Source: Terriglobales bacterium (lineage in GTDB: Bacteria; Acidobacteriota; Terriglobia; Terriglobales; Acidobacteriaceae). From it: a DNA stretch of 64,000 nucleotides. The stretch lies in the NCBI GenBank assembly GCA_036008085.1, contig DASYOD010000041.1, positions 9,695 through 73,694 on the forward strand. Direction: 5' to 3'. The notes beneath the pieces were generated by a model. It was not told the DNA's origin and searched no databases. It worked only from the letters and a program-made list of their open reading frames with translations. Of this stretch, positions 57,855 through 64,000 are shown in pieces (positions within the stretch are counted from its first letter, which is position 1; every line of letters begins with the position of its first letter). The translations under genes and the position numbers were made by a program.

Positions 57855-57967
57855 CCGCGATCCTAGCCGAAATGCACACGACATGGATGAACGTTCCACC
57901 CATCCTCTTCGATGCAATTACCGCGCTCCGCTCGCCAACTGGACCCGTTCGCACACGGCAAGGGTTT

Positions 57968-58702
57968 TCAGGCGGCAGCTCTCACGGCTTTCTCTGCGCT
58001 CTTCGGCGGGCACTTAGCGTCGTAGGTCACTTGCATCTCCCTGAGCTTGAGCACTCCGTAAAACACGATAAGCGCCATGGCTACGACCAGAAGAGCGGCG
58101 AATCTCTTTTCCCAACCGTAGGCGCCTTCACGGTTAGCGACATAAGAGGCAATGATCAGGCAGAGAATACCGATGTTGATACTCCAGTTCACGCGCTTCG
58201 GCACGATGTAGTCCAAGGTGCCGAAACCGGCGAGCTGATAGAGCATGAACGGCAGGATCGCTACCATGGGTAGCAACTCGGAGGCGCCCAGACTGATGTC
58301 GAGAGCGCCGGGTGCCAGCGCATGCAGCAACCTGCTATGCGCCAGTTGATGGAACAACGCTGGGATCGCACACAACAAGGGCACAACGGCGAGCAATTCG
58401 AGCACCAACGCTCCGCTCCAGGTGCCGACCTCGGAGGAATGATCAGCGCCTGCGCCCGATGATTGCGTGCCGATAAATAGACCCCCGACAATGGCTGCAG
58501 CGCTGGACAGCATCAGCAACTCTACCGTGATGCCAAAGGCCTCTGGTTCGCCCGCCTTGAGTAACAGCATGGCCAGAAAACCGGGTGTGTAGAACAATAC
58601 CCGCACCAATTTCGCCCAAACCCGAGCGTCGCGTTCTGGCGGCAAGATCGGGAGCGCACGTCCGTCGATTCCTATGGTCAGCCTGGCTTTATCCTTCGAC
58701 AT
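57968..58702 (-). CDS. polytopic membrane protein, hypothetical
   Basis: 244 aa with about 6 hydrophobic helices. I recognise no family. Confidence 0.55.
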   Translation of the reverse strand: MSKDKARLTIGIDGRALPILPPERDARVWAKLVRVLFYTPGFLAMLLLKAGEPEAFGITVELLMLSSAAAIVGGLFIGTQSSGAGADHSSEVGTWSGALVLELLAVVPLLCAIPALFHQLAHSRLLHALAPGALDISLGASELLPMVAILPFMLYQLAGFGTLDYIVPKRVNWSINIGILCLIIASYVANREGAYGWEKRFAALLVVAMALIVFYGVLKLREMQVTYDAKCPPKSAEKAVRAAA

Positions 58703-58902
58703 TCCGTTGTCCTCCAGATACAGCTTGCATTTGGCGTCTGGGTGCTTTTAACAGCGGAGAAACATTGCGCAGCAAAAGCCAACAATTTCGCGTGCGCCAG
58801 CTAGTGCATCACGAGTATCTAGTAGTGCCAACTGTCACTTATTACGAACATCGCACTCCTAAAAAGCATCGCCCGACACCCAGATCAATACTCGACTACG
58901 GC

Positions 58903-59403
58903 TCATTTGCCATCGGTGACGATGAGTTCCGCATGCGCGGTTCCACACATTCCGTAGGTCGCTCCTGACTGGCAAGCTCCCGCGGAATACTTAAAGCATC
59001 CCGGCCGTTTTGCCAAGACTGAGACTGAGCGATCGGAACCGCCGATGATGGCGCCCGCTGGTTCAAACGGAGATGCAGGGCCGACATCGACAACGAAGCC
59101 GTTGTCCTTGCCGCTGCTGTTCCACTTAATCGTGGTGCCGACCTTCACGCAGAAAAGCGAATTACCCTTAGCGTTCGGGATGCTGGGAGTGGAGGATGCT
59201 GAATCCGCCGTCCGTTTTACATCCACGCTGCAAGGACTGGAAGAGGATCCGCATGTGTTGGCACTCGAACACAGCTGCGCCGGATTTGGTTCGGAACAAA
59301 CATACTTGCTGTCTTTCGACTCGGCATTTGAGTTACCAAGAAACAGCAACAACATCGACATTAGCGAAATACACCTAACTGCGAAGCACCGGCAGAATTG
59401 CAT
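58903..59403 (-). CDS. secreted Cys-rich hypothetical protein
   Basis: The ATG at 59403 gives signal-like MQFCRCFAVRCISLMSMLLLFLGNSNA. The mature part has about 10 Cys, and its C-terminal half looks beta-rich. Confidence 0.5.
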   Translation of the reverse strand: MQFCRCFAVRCISLMSMLLLFLGNSNAESKDSKYVCSEPNPAQLCSSANTCGSSSSPCSVDVKRTADSASSTPSIPNAKGNSLFCVKVGTTIKWNSSGKDNGFVVDVGPASPFEPAGAIIGGSDRSVSVLAKRPGCFKYSAGACQSGATYGMCGTAHAELIVTDGK

Positions 59404-59502
59404 AATGCACCTCGGGATTCGATCTTCAACGCAACCGGCCAATTAAGAGTCGGACATCCTTCGATCAGAACCTTTTAAGAGCCGTGAACGTGGTCCTGCT
59501 CA

Positions 59503-60105
59503 CTAGTTAACGCCAGGCGTTCCCGCCCAATCGAGCACGTCAACCAGTTTCCAAGGGTTCTGATTCAGGTCCCACTGCAGTTGCCCTTGTTTGTCGAGGA
59601 CAAGCTGGGCCTCGGGATACAAGGCTCCTGTGCTCTTGCTCTTGTCCTGGTCGTTTATCTCGAGTATGCCGGCGGTGAGGTTGAACGATTGAGACTGAGT
59701 GTCAAAGAACGCTTCACCGAACCTGATCTGGCGATTGGTCACAAAGACGATTTTTCTTCCCGTCGGCGTGGGAATCATCTTGATATAGGAGCAGTCATTG
59801 CCGAGTGTGCCAGTGATCTCGACGTGGCCTACCGCCTTCATCCGCTGTAGAGCATTTACGAGTCCCTGGTTCTGACCCTTTTCATAGGATTGAACGAGTG
59901 TCTGTTTGTCGGCAGGAGTCGAGAACTCATAAATATTCAAGGTCACGCCGATATTCTGACCCATTTGGGTGCCGGTACCGAACGCCGTGGCCTCAATCGT
60001 TTCAGTCTTTTCTCTCGCCATACCCGGAAGGGACACTGTCATCACCAAGCCCAACAGAAGCATGGCACCAATAACTACCTTGGGGACCTTTCCTTCTTCA
60101 TGCAT
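59503..60105 (-). CDS. secreted hypothetical protein
   Basis: 200 aa. ATG preceded by GGAGG. Signal peptide VVIGAMLLLGLVMTVSLPGMA. Confidence 0.6.
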   Translation of the reverse strand: MHEEGKVPKVVIGAMLLLGLVMTVSLPGMAREKTETIEATAFGTGTQMGQNIGVTLNIYEFSTPADKQTLVQSYEKGQNQGLVNALQRMKAVGHVEITGTLGNDCSYIKMIPTPTGRKIVFVTNRQIRFGEAFFDTQSQSFNLTAGILEINDQDKSKSTGALYPEAQLVLDKQGQLQWDLNQNPWKLVDVLDWAGTPGVN

Positions 60106-60305
60106 AAATTCCTCCGATCTACAAATTCGCTAAGCCGCCACAGCTGATGGTTTCGGCGTGTGAAGATTGATCTCCTCGCTGATGTGTGAACGAGAATTCG
60201 GCCTGTCTCCCACGGCTTAGGCGAATTCTGACCTTGTCAATCTGGGAATGTAACTGTCAAAAGTGACGGTTCGGGGCAAGGCAGGGTTCTACAGAATGCT
60301 TTTTT

Positions 60306-61469
60306 CTATTTCTGGAAAGCGGCCGGAGTTTGCATGCTGGCCCACACTTCCGCCGCCGTCACCCGCCGCGAAATTGCGGGGTGCGATTGAAAAAACCATT
60401 CAACCCATCGCGATGGAGACCGCTCTGCCAGATTCTGGTCTGCCAATTTGTTCATGGAAGAAATAAACGGCCCGACACTGGGGATGGACTGAAATGCATA
60501 GCGGTCAGCCTGCCGTTCGTTGTAACGAGAGTAGGCATTGAGAGCTGGTAACAAGAGGAAAGACAGGACGGTCGAAACCAGCACCAACAGCGGCAGATTG
60601 GCAAAGTCAGAGACGGTGACAAACATGTGGGTTCGGTCCACCGCGTAGTGAAGAACCCAGTTTGCCGCCCAAAATCCGACCAGCGTAATCCCTGCCTGAA
60701 CCGCAATGCTTTTGAGAATATGCCGGTGCACGTGATGTCCGAGCTCATGCGCCAGCACGGCTTCAATCTCGTCAGCTGAATAATTTTCGAGCAAAGTATC
60801 CGCGAGAATGATCCGCCGCGTGTTACCGAGTCCAGTCAAGGCCGCGTTGGCTTTCTTGCTTTTCTCCGAAAGATTCCACTTATAGACGCCGCGCACTCGC
60901 GTTCCGGCTCGTTCGCTGAGTCCGAGTAGACGGGTTTTCAGGTCCTCGTTGTCGAGAGGTTCAAACTTATAAAAAATGGGAAACAAAACTACAGGAGCAA
61001 GCTGCGCCATCAAGACGAACAAACCTAAGAATGCAGCCCACGCGATTACCCACCAATGCTGCGGGAATTCGCGAATTATGAAGTAAAGTATTTCGACTAC
61101 AATCGACGCCAACACCACGCCGACTAGAAAACCTTTGGTTTCGTCCCAAACCCAAGCGCGCAATTTTTGGTTGGACAGATTGTAGCGACGTTCCAATCGA
61201 AACCCGTAGTAGTCGAGGCCCAGGCCAAGCAGTTTTCCAATCAGCATGAGCATCACGACATAAAGAAAAACTGCTAGCGTGTAGTGTTCATAACTGCCGT
61301 GCAAGGCAAGATCGCGCAGCGTTCCATTCCATCCCATGCCTAGAAGAACGACAAGAAGAAGAAGGCCGAGGAGAAAATCCGCAATACCGAGCCATCTCCG
61401 AACACGGTTATACCGACGCGCTTCGGGCGAGTCGGTTGGAGCAGGCGTGGTGGCAGTTGCATTGCTCAT
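60306..61469 (-). CDS. M48 family (Ste24/HtpX-like) membrane zinc metalloprotease
   Basis: 387 aa with multiple TM helices, HELGHHVH (HExxH) and a downstream E in NERQADRYA. Confidence 0.8.
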   Translation of the reverse strand: MSNATATTPAPTDSPEARRYNRVRRWLGIADFLLGLLLLVVLLGMGWNGTLRDLALHGSYEHYTLAVFLYVVMLMLIGKLLGLGLDYYGFRLERRYNLSNQKLRAWVWDETKGFLVGVVLASIVVEILYFIIREFPQHWWVIAWAAFLGLFVLMAQLAPVVLFPIFYKFEPLDNEDLKTRLLGLSERAGTRVRGVYKWNLSEKSKKANAALTGLGNTRRIILADTLLENYSADEIEAVLAHELGHHVHRHILKSIAVQAGITLVGFWAANWVLHYAVDRTHMFVTVSDFANLPLLVLVSTVLSFLLLPALNAYSRYNERQADRYAFQSIPSVGPFISSMNKLADQNLAERSPSRWVEWFFQSHPAISRRVTAAEVWASMQTPAAFQK

Positions 61470-61548
61470 CGGTAATTATGATTATCTTACCCGGCGGTTT
61501 TAATTGCGAGTCACGTAAGTGCGGTGAACGGCAGGTTAAGTGCTTGCC

Positions 61549-62967
61549 CTAAGTACTTTGCACGAATGCCTCAGCCTTCGACAGGATTTCCGTCACTAAT
61601 TCCGGCGATGCAGCCTCCGCATACACTCGCAGCAGCGGTTCCGTTCCCGAGGCTCGGAATAGCAACCACGCTTCGGCGCCATTGCCATTTGTGGGCGCAT
61701 CGAGAAAGAACTTTATTCCGTCGAGGCTCTCTTTTCTTAAGACGCCGTAAGCGCCCAAACGGTTGGTTTGGTCGGATCGGGCGCGCTGGATGGCCTGTTG
61801 CTTCACATCTTCTGGAACGTGAAGATCGCGCCGCCCGTAATAGTGTGAACCGTACTCGCGCTGCAAATCGGCCACCAACTGGCCCAGCGGCTTTCGTTCG
61901 TCGGCCATGACATTGGCCAAAAGCAGCGAATTCAGAAGGCCATCGCGCTCCGGCAAAAATCGCGAATAGCCAATGCCCCCGGACTCTTCGCCGCCGATGA
62001 CAATTTCGCGTTCCATCATCAAATCAGCGGCGTACTTGAATCCGATCGGGCATTCGTTCACTTTGCGGCCATGCTTTGCCGCAATGCGATCGATCATGCG
62101 GGTGGTGTTGAAAGCCCGCACCACTTCTCCGGGCCATTTTTTTCTGACGAGTAACCATTGCAGCAGAACGGAAATAATCTTGTGAGAATCCACGAAGCTG
62201 CCGTCCTCGGCTACGGCGCCGATTCGATCGGCGTCACCGTCGGTCGCGAGTCCGGCATCGCATTGCTCTTTCACCACGGTTTGCTGCAGCATGGCTAAGT
62301 GCGGCTCGATGGGTTCAGGATTAATATCGGGAAAAAGCGGGTTGACTTCCTGACGGATGGTTACGTGCTGAATTCCACGCTCGCTGAAAATGCCCGTAAG
62401 CACGCCCCGTCCGGAGCCGTACATTGAATCGACAGCAAACTTGAAATTCGCTTCGGCAATGGCGTTAAGATCGGCGAAAGCGCTGATCGCCGCGACGTAT
62501 GGCTGTTTCAAATCGACTTCTTCGATCGTAGCTTTCTGGCCGATGGGCATGGTGCCGGCGGCCAACTCCTCTTCGATCGCTTTCATGATCGCCGGCGTAC
62601 CGGATCCTCCGAACTTGCCCTTGAACTTCACCCCATTCCAGTTCCACGGATTATGACTCGATGTAATGACCAACCCGCCTGCAGCTGCGCGATGCTTTAC
62701 CGCATAGGAGATGGCTGGCGTGGGAGTGTAATCGTTGGCTAAGCTCACGGGAATGCCGGCTGCGGCCAGGATTTCCGCGGCGACCCGGGCTGCAGTAGGT
62801 GAAGCAAACCTAGTGTCATAGCCGACGATTACCCCGCGACGCGGGTCTTCATGCTTAAAAACATAGCCCGCAATCGCGCCCGCTACACGGCGCACGTTGT
62901 CGAAGGTGAAATCGTCAGCGATAATGCCTCGCCAGCCGTCAGTGCCGAATTTTATGGGAGCAGTCAT
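61549..62967 (-). CDS. phosphoglucomutase/phosphomannomutase family protein
   Basis: 472 aa: FGTDGWRG, active-site TSSHNPWNWNG, metal loop ATDGDADR, GEESGG. Confidence 0.85.
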   Translation of the reverse strand: MTAPIKFGTDGWRGIIADDFTFDNVRRVAGAIAGYVFKHEDPRRGVIVGYDTRFASPTAARVAAEILAAAGIPVSLANDYTPTPAISYAVKHRAAAGGLVITSSHNPWNWNGVKFKGKFGGSGTPAIMKAIEEELAAGTMPIGQKATIEEVDLKQPYVAAISAFADLNAIAEANFKFAVDSMYGSGRGVLTGIFSERGIQHVTIRQEVNPLFPDINPEPIEPHLAMLQQTVVKEQCDAGLATDGDADRIGAVAEDGSFVDSHKIISVLLQWLLVRKKWPGEVVRAFNTTRMIDRIAAKHGRKVNECPIGFKYAADLMMEREIVIGGEESGGIGYSRFLPERDGLLNSLLLANVMADERKPLGQLVADLQREYGSHYYGRRDLHVPEDVKQQAIQRARSDQTNRLGAYGVLRKESLDGIKFFLDAPTNGNGAEAWLLFRASGTEPLLRVYAEAASPELVTEILSKAEAFVQST

Positions 62968-62974
62968 GAGAACC

Positions 62975-63053
62975 GGTCGTTGGTCATTCGTCCTTGACCG
63001 TTGGCAAGATCGTTTTAGTTTTGCCAGCTATCAGCGACGAACGACCGACGACC
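62975..63053 (-). other. long nested inverted repeat filling the manC-pgm intergenic gap
   Basis: GGTCGTTGGTCATTCGTC (62975-62992) is complementary to GACGAACGACCGACGACC (63036-63053) at 16/18. An inner TGGCAA/TTGCCA pair lies between them. The structure abuts the upstream stop and ends 8 nt before the downstream ATG. Confidence 0.5.
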
Positions 63054-63054
63054 T

Positions 63055-64000
63055 CTACACTAATTTAAGCAGCTTCTTCTCATCCAGATATTTCACAATT
63101 TTGCCGACGTCCTGCGCGTGCTCGCGAGTAGTGATCAAAAGTGCGTCATCCGTTTCTACGATTACCAGATCGTTCACCCCTACGGTCGCCACAAATTTTT
63201 TGGGAGAATGAACGTAATTACCAGCAGCATTCAGGGAGAAAAAACCTTCGCTCGCAATCAAGTTACCGTCCGACGGTTGTTTTTTGGCGGTGTGATGCTC
63301 GTGCAACGCGGTCCACGATCCCAAATCGTTCCACCCGAAATCTGCAAGCAGGCAGAAGATGTTGGAATTCTGCCGCCCTTTGGATGAGCGCGGCTCGAGC
63401 ACAGCGTAATCTATGCTGATGTTTTCGCACTTGGGATAGAGGCGGCGAAACGTTGCGGCAAACTTTCTGGTTCCGAACGTCTTCGCGATCTGTTCAACCA
63501 GCGCCGCTGTTTTCGGCAAATGCTCGCGCAACGCATTGGTCAGAGTTCGAGCGCTCCAGATAAACATGCCGCTGTTCCAGAAATAATTTCCCGCATCGAC
63601 AAATCGGGCTGCGCGTTCGGCGGGAGGTTTCTCGGCGAAACGGCGCACCCGGCGTGCACCTCCCGCCGCCGAGTCGACTTCGATATAGCCGTATCCGGTT
63701 TCAGGTCGCGTCGGGCGAATTCCGAGCACGACAATATTCTCGCCTGCCGCAGCGATTTTGATGCCCTCCTGCAAAATTCGGCGATAGCTTTTTTCGTCAC
63801 CAATAACGTGATCCGACGGGAACATTCCAATCACTGCATCGGGATCGCTTTGCATCAGGATGAAGGCTGCCAATCCGATGGCCGGCGCAGTGTTTCGTCC
63901 TACCGGTTCAGCGATGATTTGTTGTTTACTAAGCCGTGGAGTCTGGCGCGAAAGTTCGCGCTGCGAATCTTCATTGGTGATAATCCAAAAACTTTTTGCC
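63055..64000 (-). CDS. manC: mannose-1-phosphate guanylyltransferase, short type without cupin domain (N-terminus off window)
   Basis: The frame stays open to the window edge: ...FWIITNEDSQRELSRQTPRLSKQQIIAEPVGRNTAPAIGLAAFILM...FPSDHVI...GYGYIE. The track ORF 63055..63873 is only its Met-bounded part. Confidence 0.8.
   Translation of the reverse strand, partial: AKSFWIITNEDSQRELSRQTPRLSKQQIIAEPVGRNTAPAIGLAAFILMQSDPDAVIGMFPSDHVIGDEKSYRRILQEGIKIAAAGENIVVLGIRPTRPETGYGYIEVDSAAGGARRVRRFAEKPPAERAARFVDAGNYFWNSGMFIWSARTLTNALREHLPKTAALVEQIAKTFGTRKFAATFRRLYPKCENISIDYAVLEPRSSKGRQNSNIFCLLADFGWNDLGSWTALHEHHTAKKQPSDGNLIASEGFFSLNAAGNYVHSPKKFVATVGVNDLVIVETDDALLITTREHAQDVGKIVKYLDEKKLLKLV

Noticed and set aside
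1-64000. Looked for CRISPR arrays, rRNA, transposases/integrases, toxin-antitoxin pairs, reverse transcriptases and known defence-system genes.
   Set aside because: I saw no regularly spaced direct repeats and no ORF products with the corresponding motifs. The window appears to be core chromosome plus a small accessory and signalling region at 48-60 kb.

Overview
The window is a gene-dense chromosomal segment of about 55-58% GC. It is probably from an Acidobacteriota (Terriglobia-like) genome. That placement is an inference from three things: a VWFA-related acidobacterial-type protein, a GloVer/Gloeo_Verruco repeat protein, and GC-rich REP-like hairpins in many intergenic gaps.

Most of the window is housekeeping:
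- Proteostasis: a clpC-like gene and the tig-clpP-clpX-lon block.
- Core functions: lepA, greA, carD, engB, maf, tatA and long-form dcd.
- Envelope and transport: lolD and a LolC/E-type permease, a peptide-type ABC importer, a TonB-like protein and a ZIP transporter.
- Sugar-nucleotide genes at the right end.

I saw no rRNA, tRNA, CRISPR array, transposase, integrase or phage genes.

The unusual content is regulatory or accessory:
1. A stand-alone [NiFe]-hydrogenase small-subunit homolog (52317-53354) sits directly upstream of a PAS histidine kinase and a NarL-type regulator, with no large subunit in the window. It lies just downstream of an ECF sigma / Ser-Thr kinase pair. This is my best candidate for an undescribed sensory module.
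2. A sigma-54 enhancer-binding protein has no N-terminal sensor domain but carries a C-terminal PilZ domain. A second REC-PilZ protein lies 7 kb away.
3. An exact-consensus sigma-54 promoter precedes the clpC-like gene.
4. A GAF-TM-AMIN-amidase fusion.
5. An 870-aa FecR-like protein ends in an extreme Ser/Gly/Tyr/Arg and Gly/His low-complexity tail.
6. A block of family-less genes (55.7-60.1 kb) starts with a zinc-ribbon/TM/Coa1-like/mini-RHS protein.

All calls come from reading the sequence and the ORF track. No database search was run.
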